Shown here in pieces: positions 17,101-25,819 of a stretch of DNA of 58,890 nucleotides. This DNA comes from Thermoleophilaceae bacterium (GTDB taxonomy: Bacteria > Actinomycetota > Thermoleophilia > Solirubrobacterales > Thermoleophilaceae): positions 1 to 58,890 of the forward strand of contig DASVQK010000052.1 in assembly GCA_036389105.1 (NCBI GenBank). The letters are read 5' to 3'. How positions within the stretch are numbered: position 1 is the stretch's first letter; the number at the start of each line of letters is the position of its first letter. Below the pieces are notes generated by a model. That model was not told the origin of the DNA and ran no database searches. It saw nothing but the letters and a program-made list of their open reading frames with translations. The position numbers and the translations under genes are program-made.

Positions 17101-18334
17101 GCTCGTCTCCTACTGGAGGTTCAACGACGGCGTGACCGCGGGGGACGAGTTCACCGAAACCACTGGTGCCGTGCTCTCCACCCGCGCGGGCGCGGTCGGC
17201 GCGTCCTGGACCTCCGTTGCAAGCCAGGCCCGCACCGCCGTGATCACCGCCGCCGGTCGCCTGCGCAAGGAAACCGGCAACGGCGCGGCCCAGTACTACG
17301 CGTCCGGGGTGCCGCCGAGCGCGGACTATCTCGTCGAGGGCGAGGTCCGCGGAGCCTCCGGGCTTGCGACCGATGCGCTCGGCGTGGTCGGGCGCCAGGA
17401 CGTGAGTGGAACCGGTCAGACCTACTACGCGGCCCGCTACATGGTGGACACCGGACGCTGGGAGCTCGCCAAGTTCGTGAGCGGGACAAGCACGCTGATC
17501 GGTACGGGCACCGGCACGGGCTACTACACGCAGAACATCTCGGTCGGAGTCAGCTACCGGGTGGGCCTGCGGATGAACGGCACGTCGATCTCGCTGCTCG
17601 TGGACGGCGTCACCCGCATCACCGCGACCGACAGCTCGATCAGCGCCGCGGGCCGCGGGGGCGTACGCCTGGGGACAAGCACGAGCACCGCCCAGGTGAC
17701 CGACAGCGCGGGCATGCATCTCGACAACTTCCGGATCACCGGCCTCGGAACGACGGCAGCTGACAGTCGCGGCGCCAACAACGGCGTCTTCACAAACGGT
17801 CCCGTGCTCAACGAGCCCGGCCCCCTGGCCGGCTCCGGCGACCGCGCGGCGCGGCTCGACGGGGTGAACGACTACGTGACCGTCCCGGACGCGACCTCGC
17901 TCGATCTGGGCGACGGGCCGCTGTCGCTCGAGGCCTGGGTCAAGCGCACCACCGCGAGCAGTGCGGGGATCAGCATCTTCCAGAAGGGGGCGTCCGCCAT
18001 GCAGTTCGGCCTCTACCTCGACAACACGTTCCTGGCCAAGGACAACATCGCGACGGTCGTCTCCTCGACCACGACGGTGACCGGTACTGGCTGGCATCAC
18101 ATCGTGGCGACGAAGAGCGGCGCGTCGGCGAAGCTTTACATCGACGGCGTCGATCGGACGGGCACGGTGACCAACCAGACGCTCGTCGACACGACTGCCG
18201 CGCTGATCCTCGGCGCGAAGAACGGGACCAGCGAGTTCCTGGCGGCCACGATCGACGAGTTCGCCGTCTACAACTCCGTGCTGGGCCTCCCGACGGTCCT
18301 CGACCACTACAGGGCCGGCACGGGCACAGGGTAG
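14144..18334 (+). CDS. Giant secreted multidomain protein: FN3, chitobiase-C-like, FG-GAP/VCBS repeats, DUF11 repeat, two LamG/ConA-like lectin domains
   Basis: The N-terminus ends in AAAWAFWSAPG, similar to the upstream gene. IRYTTDGSDP..VRYFATDFAGN resembles CHB_HEX_C. Five D-x-D-G-D FG-GAP motifs are present (GDIDNDGDPDIV, GDFNGDTIDDV, NDLDGDGDADIA and others). NLSVAKTDAPDPV..LTYTLTVTNAGPS resembles DUF11. VSYWRFND and LDGVNDYVTVPD..WHHIVATKSG..LYIDG resemble LamG. Confidence 0.85.
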   Translation: MTAPHLRRRSAVALALTTAACMAAAWAFWSAPGAGNGSAVSGSLAAATINATAASPTTITVSWTQQASLEPTSPANSAIVYSVERKLGAGSWAALTVGGCSGAKPHGVTSCIDAPSQSGAYSYRVVASYHTWTVTSAQAGPVTVDLTPPTISAQLTPAPNAAGWNNTSPVAVALSADDGGGSGVESIRYTTDGSDPKTSGSAQVYTAPLSIAATATVRYFATDFAGNASAVSAQLVKIDTVAPSGGTVDATGLGGTDGRYATSTTLSIAFSPGTDSGSGLATGATLLRATASLGDGSCGTYGTYAQVGVSDPVSPASNTVPIDHACYRYRYTVLDQAGNQATYTSPDVKVDTAAPHPDFLQPITSPETVRPGPAHLATGDIDNDGDPDIVTTAVFDVATSVLVNNGVGSFRETTVGSNGATLDVGLGKFDNDTYLDLVLLYQQTPPATGLLIIFKGGGDGSFTYLGAANTIVNTGVRPTALAVGDFNGDTIDDVAVVNSQNDIATEIGTVMTYLGNPAGTDSFAAATPAQTLSAQVGVVDIAYADFNGGAKDLVVTNAESSSISFLAGNGAGFNAPSHIPAGAPVTFMDTAQLNPGTNRDVVASVRDSSPSAVRTLLGDGAGGFPAQATKVAGTTATGVNPQGVVANDLDGDGDADIAIANGSPSTVSVLANDGTGAFTDAPASPETGVGAGGTLPYGIVSADFDGSGYNDLAVSPVFTSPGQMRILLNQSGNRANLSVAKTDAPDPVPGGQNLTYTLTVTNAGPSTPSSVKTTDRLPAGVTFNAAASSPSCSAAGTTTVTVTCSYGAVAAGSPESLQIVVTTSAATPPSLTNTATVAGNLADPTPADNTSTTTTTVTDATAPTISRAVVAKTDGSSPGTIRQGGDYYAYAEVTDNRGVSTVTANTSSFDTGVTSASLSSTGGPWTVGGVSYSYRSATLTANTGLTTGAGYSYAISAADAAGNSAGPTSYSATIETYDNVITGTAGLVSYWRFNDGVTAGDEFTETTGAVLSTRAGAVGASWTSVASQARTAVITAAGRLRKETGNGAAQYYASGVPPSADYLVEGEVRGASGLATDALGVVGRQDVSGTGQTYYAARYMVDTGRWELAKFVSGTSTLIGTGTGTGYYTQNISVGVSYRVGLRMNGTSISLLVDGVTRITATDSSISAAGRGGVRLGTSTSTAQVTDSAGMHLDNFRITGLGTTAADSRGANNGVFTNGPVLNEPGPLAGSGDRAARLDGVNDYVTVPDATSLDLGDGPLSLEAWVKRTTASSAGISIFQKGASAMQFGLYLDNTFLAKDNIATVVSSTTTVTGTGWHHIVATKSGASAKLYIDGVDRTGTVTNQTLVDTTAALILGAKNGTSEFLAATIDEFAVYNSVLGLPTVLDHYRAGTGTG

Positions 18335-18347
18335 ACGCACTCGCCGT

Positions 18348-18365
18348 CGTCCTTCGCGAAGGACG
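18348..18365. terminator. Palindrome between convergent genes; putative bidirectional terminator
   Basis: CGTCCTTCG/CGAAGGACG forms a 9-bp perfect stem with no loop spacer. It lies in the 34-nt gap between stop 18334 (+) and stop 18369 (-). There is no T-tract. Confidence 0.4.
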
Positions 18366-18368
18366 TCT

Positions 18369-19412
18369 TCATGTCGTGGCTCCCTTCTCGAGCTCATTCA
18401 AGATCACCGGGGAGACGTTCTCGTCGGCCGTCTGGCCCATGAAGACGTCGAGGTGGCCGTAGCCGGGGACGATGTGCAGCGAGTGGCGACCGGGGCTGTG
18501 GCCCTCGAACCATTCGTAGGTCCGGCGCTGGCTCTCGGGCGTGAAGCACTGGTTCATCTCGCCGGACAGGAAGGAGAACCGGGCGTCGGTCTGCGGTGGG
18601 CCGGCCACGAAGCTCTCCGGCAGCTCCGGCAATCCGTCCACCGCGACGAGGTGGCCGGCGCGGACGCACTTGAGGATCTGCTTGAAGAAGGTGAGCGGCA
18701 CGTGGGCGAACTCATCCCTGAGCCACTCGTGCGTTGAGTCGTTCAGGTTCTCGTGCCGCCACAGCGTCGGGAACCCGACGCCGTAGGTGAAGCTCGCCAT
18801 GCGGCAGACGTTGTTGTCGCACTCGTGATGGGTCGCCATCACGAACCCCTTGAGCACCTTCGGCACCACGCCGGGCGCGCCGTCGTCGCCCCACTGCGGG
18901 TTGAGGTAGCCGATCACGCGCGCCGCCGGCGGAATCGCGTAGCGCAGCTTCAGCTTCGCGAAGCGTGGCACGACCGGGTGGAGCGTGACCGCGTTGGCGA
19001 CGACCGTCTTCACCTCGGGCACGAGGCCGGCGACGGCCGACATCATGAAGCTGGTCGACCCCTGGCAGTGGATCACCGCCTGGACCCCGTCGGCGCCGGT
19101 CTGCTCCACGACCCTGCGCACCGCGTACGGGTGGTCGTGCACGGCCGCCTGGTCGAGCGTCCAGTGGTTCGGCTCGACGTCGATGCTCGCGCGCCAGTTC
19201 TCGAGCCAGACGTCGTAGCCCTCCTCGACCAGCGCGTCGACGAGCGTCCTCTTGGTGGGGGCACGGAAGATGTTGGCCCGCACGCCGGCGCCGTGGATGA
19301 GCAGCACGGGCCCCTTCGCCGGGGCGTGCGGGCCGGTCACGTGGATGAGGTTGAGCTCCATGCCGTCCCCCGCGGTGAACGGCACGACCTCCTCGGTGTG
19401 CCCCGGGCTCAC
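18369..19412 (-). CDS. Alpha/beta-fold hydrolase
   Basis: GTG 19412 overlaps the upstream TGA by 4 nt (GTGA). LLIHGAGVRANIF is an HG oxyanion motif. HCQGSTSF is a candidate nucleophile elbow. VPGYGHLDVF is a catalytic-His-type motif. Confidence 0.75.
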   Translation of the reverse strand: MSPGHTEEVVPFTAGDGMELNLIHVTGPHAPAKGPVLLIHGAGVRANIFRAPTKRTLVDALVEEGYDVWLENWRASIDVEPNHWTLDQAAVHDHPYAVRRVVEQTGADGVQAVIHCQGSTSFMMSAVAGLVPEVKTVVANAVTLHPVVPRFAKLKLRYAIPPAARVIGYLNPQWGDDGAPGVVPKVLKGFVMATHHECDNNVCRMASFTYGVGFPTLWRHENLNDSTHEWLRDEFAHVPLTFFKQILKCVRAGHLVAVDGLPELPESFVAGPPQTDARFSFLSGEMNQCFTPESQRRTYEWFEGHSPGRHSLHIVPGYGHLDVFMGQTADENVSPVILNELEKGATT

Positions 19413-21814
19413 GTGCCTCCGCCACGGTGGGGTGGTCCGTAGACCTCCCACAGCTCCCCGGCGAACAGCTTGCCGAAGCGCGCGACCTCGCCTGGGTGGT
19501 GCGGCGGGTCCGTCTCAAACGTGGTCAGCTGCCGCGCGAAGTCGAACGGGAGGATGTGCAGGATGCCCGAGGCGACGACCTCGCCCGAGTCCTCCTGGCC
19601 AGGCTCAACCGAGCCCTCGAGCACGCGGGTGAACAGCGTCGAGGTGTCGTGCCAGACGCTGTCGATCCCGGGGTCGTCCTCGATCACCTTGAAGCCGGCG
19701 AGCGTGAGCGGGTGGTCGGTCCCGTCCTTGAAGTACAGGTGGTACCACATGCGCTTGCGGCGCTTGTCGTCGTCCTGGTCCACGAACAGGTTGAAGATCC
19801 CGCGCTCGACCGGGAGCCTCCCGCCGAGCTCATCGCACTCGACCCAGCCCTCGACGGTGCCGGTGTGCGCCGGGTCGGCGATGAACCTGTCGAGGTCGCC
19901 CGTCGCGATCCTCAGGTGGAACATCAAGCGGGTCCTGTCCTTCTTCCCCTGGCGGAAGCCGCGGTCGAAGTCCTGCTCCCCGAACGTCGCGAAGCCCTTC
20001 ATCTCCTCGGTGAACGCGACCGACACGCCCTGGCCGTCGGCCTCCGGCGCGGGCGCCGCCGGCGGCGGGGACGCGGGCGCCCTCGCGCCGCGCTTCGGCA
20101 GCGGCTCAGTGCGTCCCTCGAGGATCGCCTCCGCGCCGCGGTCGGCCACGGCGGCGATCGTGAGGCTCGGGTTGGGCCCCACCGGCCCCGGCATGACCGA
20201 GCCGTCCGCCACGTGGAGGCCCGGATAGCCGAACAGCTCGCCGTTGGAGTTCACGACGCCCTCCCGGGCGTCGCGGCCCATCGGGCAGCCGCCCAGCGCG
20301 TGGACCGTGATCACCCGGTTGAAGTACCAGAGCGGGTTGTCTAGAAATGTCGAGCCGAGCTGGTCGGCGATCTTCTGGGACACCTCGCGCACCCGCTCGA
20401 AGTACTCGGCCGAACGGCCGTGCTTGCGCCAGTCGACCTGCAGCTCGTCGCCGTCCTCGAGCCGCATCGTCCCGTCGGGAATGTCGCGCCCCATGCCGAG
20501 CAGCGGCAGCACGCCCGAGGAGAGCCCGCAATCGCCGAACAGCTCCGCGATCTCGCCGCTCATGCCAGTCTCGACCTCGCGCCTCAGCAGGCGGCGCACG
20601 GCGCGGGCGATCAGGCCGGGCGCGACACGCCGGAGGGCGCCGGGCTCGTCGAGCGCCTGGAGCAGCCAGTTGCCGCACTCGGGGAAGCCCGCGTCCTCGA
20701 CGTAGAAGCCGCGGCCGGTGGCGCCGCCGTCATCGAGGGCGTCGGGTATACGCACCGCGCTGGTGATCACCGGCCCATGGGCGGGGTCGATCACGCGGGG
20801 CTTGCGCTTGCCGTCCGCGGCCTTCTCGGTGCAGCGCACCGCGAACGTGAGCAGGTCGCCGTTGCCGGAGAAGTGGGTGCCGAGCGCCCGGCTGAGCTTC
20901 GGGAAGGCCGCCCGGTTGCGGAGCATCAGGTAGGTGGAGCCGAGCGTGCCGGCCGACAGGATCAGCCGGTCGGCGGTCACGGTCCGTCGCGGCAGGGACT
21001 TCGTGTCGGTCTTGCGGCCCTCGCTCTCGGCATCGTGCTCGGCGTAGTGCACCGAGTAGCCGCCGCCGTCGCTCTGCTCGAACGAGCGCACCTCGCAGCG
21101 CGTGCGGATGTCGGCGCCGGCGTGCCAGGCGGCCGTCAGGTAGGTGTAGTCGAGGCTGTTCTTCGACCCGTAGTTGCAGCCCACGTCGCACTCCCCGACC
21201 AGCCGGCAAGTCTCGCGCGTCCGTCCGTGGATGTTCGGGCGCGACTCGCGGATCGGCTCGCCGGGTATCGGGTCGGCGCGCGGCTCCGGCCGCCAGGCGA
21301 CGGCCAGCTTCGGCAGGAACCAGTCGAGGCCGAGGTCCTCCGCCGCGGCCTTGTAGGCGATCGTCTTCGAGGTCGCGTCGTAGGGCGCGTGCTCGAACGG
21401 GTACGGCTCGGCGCCGAGCATCTTCTCGGCGTTTTCGTAGTGGCGCTCGAGCTCGTCGTAGGTGACCGGCCAGTACTCGTATCCGGGCCCGGGCTCCTCG
21501 CGGACGAACCACTTCGGGTCCTTGCGGATCATCACGTTGGCGTAGATCAGCGAGCCGCCCCCGAGGCCGCTCGAGACGAGCGCGTCCAGGCCCTCGAACG
21601 ACCACACGTCGAACATGCCCTGGAGGCCCTCGCTTGGGTCCCAGAAGTTGTTCTTGAGCCCGAGCGGGCTGCGGGGGAAGGACCCGGGCGGGTAGGCCTT
21701 GCCCCGCTCGAGCACCAGCACGCTCTGACCGGCCTCCGCCAGGCGGTAGGCGGTGACCGAACCCCCGAAGCCGGAGCCGACCACGATCGCGTTGAAGTGC
21801 TCTGGTGCGCTCAA
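19409..21814 (-). CDS. GMC-family FAD oxidoreductase (cholesterol-oxidase-like) with about 230-aa C-terminal extension
   Basis: FNAIVVGSGFGGSVTAYRLAEAGQSVLVLERG is an FAD Rossmann motif, and HALGGCPMG..ADGSVMPGPVGPNPSLTIAA is the GMC C-terminal signature. The start is uncertain. I chose TTG 21814 because it lies 22 nt below the LuxR stop; the track start at 21919 overlaps that gene. Confidence 0.8.
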   Translation of the reverse strand: MSAPEHFNAIVVGSGFGGSVTAYRLAEAGQSVLVLERGKAYPPGSFPRSPLGLKNNFWDPSEGLQGMFDVWSFEGLDALVSSGLGGGSLIYANVMIRKDPKWFVREEPGPGYEYWPVTYDELERHYENAEKMLGAEPYPFEHAPYDATSKTIAYKAAAEDLGLDWFLPKLAVAWRPEPRADPIPGEPIRESRPNIHGRTRETCRLVGECDVGCNYGSKNSLDYTYLTAAWHAGADIRTRCEVRSFEQSDGGGYSVHYAEHDAESEGRKTDTKSLPRRTVTADRLILSAGTLGSTYLMLRNRAAFPKLSRALGTHFSGNGDLLTFAVRCTEKAADGKRKPRVIDPAHGPVITSAVRIPDALDDGGATGRGFYVEDAGFPECGNWLLQALDEPGALRRVAPGLIARAVRRLLRREVETGMSGEIAELFGDCGLSSGVLPLLGMGRDIPDGTMRLEDGDELQVDWRKHGRSAEYFERVREVSQKIADQLGSTFLDNPLWYFNRVITVHALGGCPMGRDAREGVVNSNGELFGYPGLHVADGSVMPGPVGPNPSLTIAAVADRGAEAILEGRTEPLPKRGARAPASPPPAAPAPEADGQGVSVAFTEEMKGFATFGEQDFDRGFRQGKKDRTRLMFHLRIATGDLDRFIADPAHTGTVEGWVECDELGGRLPVERGIFNLFVDQDDDKRRKRMWYHLYFKDGTDHPLTLAGFKVIEDDPGIDSVWHDTSTLFTRVLEGSVEPGQEDSGEVVASGILHILPFDFARQLTTFETDPPHHPGEVARFGKLFAGELWEVYGPPHRGGGT

Positions 21815-21836
21815 CTCAGCCCCACGGCGGCGATTC

Positions 21837-24800
21837 CTAGCGTTCGGCGGAGGTGGGCGAGCGGCGGCCCGCCGCCTCCGCGGTGAGCTGAGCGCGGTTG
21901 CGCAATCCGAGCTTCGCATAGATGTGGGAGAGGTGGGTCTTCACGGTCCCGCTGGAGACGAACATCGCCTGCCCGATCTCGGGGTTCGTCAACCCGGTCG
22001 CGACATGACGGGCCACTTCGAGCTCGGTCGGGGTGAGACTCTCCCAGCCGCCTGGCGGGCGCTTGCGCGATCCCCGTGCACGACGGATCCATGCCACCGC
22101 CTCCTCGATGGTGAGCCGTGTCCCTTCGGTCCATGCGGCGTCGAACGCCTCGTCGCCCATCTCGAGGCGCAAATCTCGGGCGATCGCCTCGAACCGCGGC
22201 CGGTCAGGCGCCCAGCGGACGAGCCCGAGGTCGGATCGCGCTCGCTCGGCCGCGCCGAGCAGCCGCGTCGCCTCCTCGTGAGAGGCCAGCCCGGCGGCGA
22301 CCACCGCGAGCGCGTCGAGAGTCTGCGGCAGCCATAGCCGCAGCTGCCTTTCCGCGCGCTGCGCGAGCGCTTCGTGGAGGAGCGCCTCGGCGTGGCTCCA
22401 ATCGCCATGATCAGCCGCGAGCCTGCCCAGTATCTCCTTGCACCAGCTGATGCCGTGCGGCGTGCCAACCCGCTCATTCACCTCGAGCGCTTTGCGCGCC
22501 CAGTCTTCGGCGCCTGCCGCGTCGCCGCCCACACGTAGGACGTCCGCGAGCTGCGCCGTGGCCCATCCGAGTTGGAGGCCGCCGTCCGCGATCGTCGCCG
22601 CGACCGCCTCGAGCCGCGCCCGCGCGCCGTCGAGATCTCCGAGCGCGGCCTCAGCGGTCGCGAGCATGAGCTCCGTCGAGGCGAGGACGAGGCCTGCGCC
22701 AGCCGCTATCGCCCGCTCGCGGCTCGCCTCGAGGCGCGTGAGCGCCTCCGCTGTCCGGCCCTGAGCGAGCTCCACAACCGCTATGTACGTGTCAGTGAAG
22801 CTCTCGGTGCTGGGGTCGCCGATCTCGCGGGTGACCTCGATCGCCCGCCCGGTGAACTCGAAGAACCGCTCGCTGTCCCCCGTCGCCTGGGGCCGAAGCG
22901 CCATGCCGAGCCAGTGCCACCACAGGCGCTCCGGGTAGCCCATACGCTCGACGATCGGGAAGACCTCCTCGAGCAGGGCCTCGCCCTCGTCGTAGTCGGC
23001 GCAGACCAGGTGCCCCCAGGCCATGGTTTGCGTCGTAGTGACGAGCAAGAGATCCTCCCCGCTCGCCCGCAGCAGCTCACGCGCGCGCTTCTGGAGCGGA
23101 CGCACCGCGGCCGGATCCGACGAAATGGTCGCGTTCTTCCCGATGGCCTCGATCGCCCGCCCGATCTCAGCAGGATCGCCAACCTCCTCGGCGACCTCGA
23201 GGGCTTCGTGGGCAACCGCCTTCGCCGCCTCGTATCGTCCGTCGTACGTGAGCAGCAGCGCACGCCCGGAGAGGACCTGCGCGCGCAGCGGGCTCGGCTC
23301 GCCGCCGGCCTTGTCGAGTGCCCGCTCACAGGACGTGACGCGCGCGGCGAAGTGCCCGCGCTGCATCCACCACCAGATGAGCGCAGCGCAGAGTCTCAGC
23401 GCCCGCTCGCTGTCGGTCTCGGTCGCCCATCGAATCGCCGCGGTGAGGTTCGCGCCGTCCTCGTCGAGTGCATCCAGCTGTTGCTGCGCGCTTGGACCCA
23501 GGAGGGCAGGGGCGACCCGCTCCGCGAGCGTGAGGAAGAAGTCGCGGTGGCGGTCGCGCATCGCGTCGAGCTCTTGCGTCTCGCTCAGACGCTCGAGCTC
23601 GTACTCACGCACCATCTCGAGCAGCCGGTAGCGCAGCGCCCTGCCGCGCTCCGCGACGACGACGAGCGACTTGTCGACGAGCGAGGCGAGCACGTCGATG
23701 ATGGCGGCCCGCTCTCGGTCGTCCAGTGCGCACACGCCCTCCGCGGCCTCGAGCGTGAAGCCGCCCACGAAGACACCCAGCCGGCGAAGCAGCACGCGCT
23801 CCTCCTCCGAGAGGAGCGCGTGGCTCCATTCCACGGAGGCGCGCAGCGTACGGTGGCGGGGCAACGCGGTCCTTGTTCCGCCGGTGAGCAGCCGGAAGCG
23901 GTCGGATAGGCCGACGGCGATCTGCTCGACCGACAGCCAGTGGACGCGGGCGGCTGCCAGCTCGATCGCGAGGGGGATCCCGTCCAGCTCAGAGCAGACC
24001 TTGGCGAGCATCGGTGCATGCGCCTCCGCCGCGGTGAAGTCCGGCAGCACCGCAGTCGCGCGCTCGACGAACAACCGCACCGCGTCCGAGTCGGCAAGCG
24101 AATGCAACCGCTCGTCGGTGTCGTCCTCGGGAAGCGACAGCGACGGGACGCGCCACATCGTCTCGGCGGGAAGGTCGAGCGGAGCACGGCTCGTGGCCAA
24201 GATGGTCACATCCGGACAGCCTCTCATCATGGCCTCCGCCGCCTCTGCCGCATCCTCGAGGAGGTGCTCGCAGTTGTCCAGCAGGACCAGCGCCCGTCGC
24301 TCCTTCAGCTGTGCCACCGCCGCCTCGAGTCCGCTCTGGCCGGGAAGCGGCCGTACGCCGACCGCCTCTGAGACCGCCTGGCCCACCATCTCGGTGCCGG
24401 AGACCGGGGCGAGCTCCACCCGCCAGACCCCCCCGGGGAACCAATCGAGCGCGTCGGCCGCCGCTTGCAGCGCAAGGCGGGTCTTGCCGCAGCCACCGGC
24501 CCCGGTCAGCGTGAGTAACCGGGCTTTTCGGAGGACCCCGCCGACCTCGGCCAGCTCGCGCTCGCGACCGACGAAGCTGGTGAGCTCGTACGGAAGGTTG
24601 TTGGGCAACGTGTCGAGCGAGCGCAGCGCGGCACGCGCTTCCGGCTGGTCCCCGTCGGCCAAGCCGTAGACATGCTCAGGCCGGCCCAGGTCGGGCAGCC
24701 TGTGGAAGCCGAGGTCCACCAGCTCCACGCCGTCCGGGACCTGGGCGACGACCAGCTCGCGGGTGGCGCGCGACATCAGGGTCTGGCCGCCGCGAGCGGT

Positions 24801-25202
24801 GGCAGCGAGGCGCGAGCAGCGGCTGAGCACTAGGGCGGCGTGGTTCCGCTCGAGACCGGGCTTCAGCTCGGCCGTGTGCAACGCGATCCGCACGTGCAGG
24901 CCGAGCTCATCCGGCCACTCCCGCCCACGCACGGCGCGCTGCACGTCCAGTGCCGCGCGCAGAGCGTCGGCGGGAGAGCGAAAGGTGGCGACGGCTCCAC
25001 TACCCGCGCCCGCTGTCGCGAGCTCTACGCCGCCCCGCGCCGCCGCCTCCGAGACGATCTCGCGGTGGACGCCTAGGGCCTGTGCCATTGCGTCGGGCGC
25101 GGCGTCCCGAAGACGCACGGCATCCTCGAAGTCGCTGAACAGGAACGTCAGAGTTCCCGCGCGAAGCGCAGGATCTGCACTATCTACCGTGAACCCTGAC
25201 AC
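21837..25202 (-). CDS. Large LuxR-family regulator: degenerate class III cyclase-like domain, NB-ARC/AAA ATPase, TPR-like repeats, C-terminal LuxR HTH
   Basis: GTLTFLFSDFEDAV is cyclase-like. FVGRERELAEV..LTLTGAGGCGKTRLA is a Walker A. The C-terminus LTPTELEVARHVATGLTNPEIGQAMFVSSGTVKTHLSHIYAKLG is a LuxR HTH. The start is provisionally the in-frame GTG 25202. Confidence 0.85.
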   Translation of the reverse strand: MSGFTVDSADPALRAGTLTFLFSDFEDAVRLRDAAPDAMAQALGVHREIVSEAAARGGVELATAGAGSGAVATFRSPADALRAALDVQRAVRGREWPDELGLHVRIALHTAELKPGLERNHAALVLSRCSRLAATARGGQTLMSRATRELVVAQVPDGVELVDLGFHRLPDLGRPEHVYGLADGDQPEARAALRSLDTLPNNLPYELTSFVGRERELAEVGGVLRKARLLTLTGAGGCGKTRLALQAAADALDWFPGGVWRVELAPVSGTEMVGQAVSEAVGVRPLPGQSGLEAAVAQLKERRALVLLDNCEHLLEDAAEAAEAMMRGCPDVTILATSRAPLDLPAETMWRVPSLSLPEDDTDERLHSLADSDAVRLFVERATAVLPDFTAAEAHAPMLAKVCSELDGIPLAIELAAARVHWLSVEQIAVGLSDRFRLLTGGTRTALPRHRTLRASVEWSHALLSEEERVLLRRLGVFVGGFTLEAAEGVCALDDRERAAIIDVLASLVDKSLVVVAERGRALRYRLLEMVREYELERLSETQELDAMRDRHRDFFLTLAERVAPALLGPSAQQQLDALDEDGANLTAAIRWATETDSERALRLCAALIWWWMQRGHFAARVTSCERALDKAGGEPSPLRAQVLSGRALLLTYDGRYEAAKAVAHEALEVAEEVGDPAEIGRAIEAIGKNATISSDPAAVRPLQKRARELLRASGEDLLLVTTTQTMAWGHLVCADYDEGEALLEEVFPIVERMGYPERLWWHWLGMALRPQATGDSERFFEFTGRAIEVTREIGDPSTESFTDTYIAVVELAQGRTAEALTRLEASRERAIAAGAGLVLASTELMLATAEAALGDLDGARARLEAVAATIADGGLQLGWATAQLADVLRVGGDAAGAEDWARKALEVNERVGTPHGISWCKEILGRLAADHGDWSHAEALLHEALAQRAERQLRLWLPQTLDALAVVAAGLASHEEATRLLGAAERARSDLGLVRWAPDRPRFEAIARDLRLEMGDEAFDAAWTEGTRLTIEEAVAWIRRARGSRKRPPGGWESLTPTELEVARHVATGLTNPEIGQAMFVSSGTVKTHLSHIYAKLGLRNRAQLTAEAAGRRSPTSAER

Positions 25203-25283
25203 CGCGATTCCCGTCGACCCGCCTCCCAACCGAACCGCCGGGCGGACAGATCCTCTCACGAATCCCGGATTTCGCGGTAACGC

Positions 25284-25322
25284 GCGGGATACCCGACCTG
25301 AACGGGTCGTGGTCCCGGGACC
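25284..25322. repeat. Possible diverged fourth copy of the GACCTGAA...GGTCCC palindromic repeat
   Basis: Sequence GCGGGATACCCGACCTGAACGGGTCGTGGTCCCGGGACC. The GACCTGAA and GGTCCC blocks have spacing similar to the copies at 36309 and 38123. It contains the 12-nt palindrome GGTCCCGGGACC. Confidence 0.3.
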
Positions 25323-25819
25323 TCCGCAGCTCGGTCTCCGCTGCAGCGGCGAACGTCGTGGACTGATCCCCGTGCATGGGCCCCCCAACCGTACGCCGCA
25401 GCCGTCATCAGAACATCCGCCGATTGGGGGAGATGTCGGGCTCCTGAGGGGGCCGACGCGCGGAGGGTTGGTCGTTGACTCTTCGATTTCACCCTTTTGG
25501 CCGATGTTTCGGCGCCGGGCTGTACCTACCGTCACGCAGGCTGGCAATCGATGGTCCAGATGGCAGTGGCGGACGCAGCCTTGACAATGTGGACGACAGC
25601 CTTTCGATCGACTCAACGCGGTCCACACCCGGGCGCGGAATCCGCTAGACCTGCACTGTGACCGGACGCCGACCTCCGATTCCGCCGGCCGACGGTAGGT
25701 GGTCGCGCAGCTCGAAGGACCTCGCCGGCTGGTGCGATCACCCCACGCGCGAGGGGAGCTATCGCGAGCTTCTCAGAAAGCGGATTCGCGTTCGCTGGAG
25801 GCGCTTCTCCTGGTTGACG

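Noticed and set aside
25583-25617. TTGACA hexamer as the -35 element of a promoter for the phosphoesterase gene.
   Set aside because: No acceptable TANNNT -10 lies at 16-19 nt spacing, so a promoter call cannot be supported from sequence alone.
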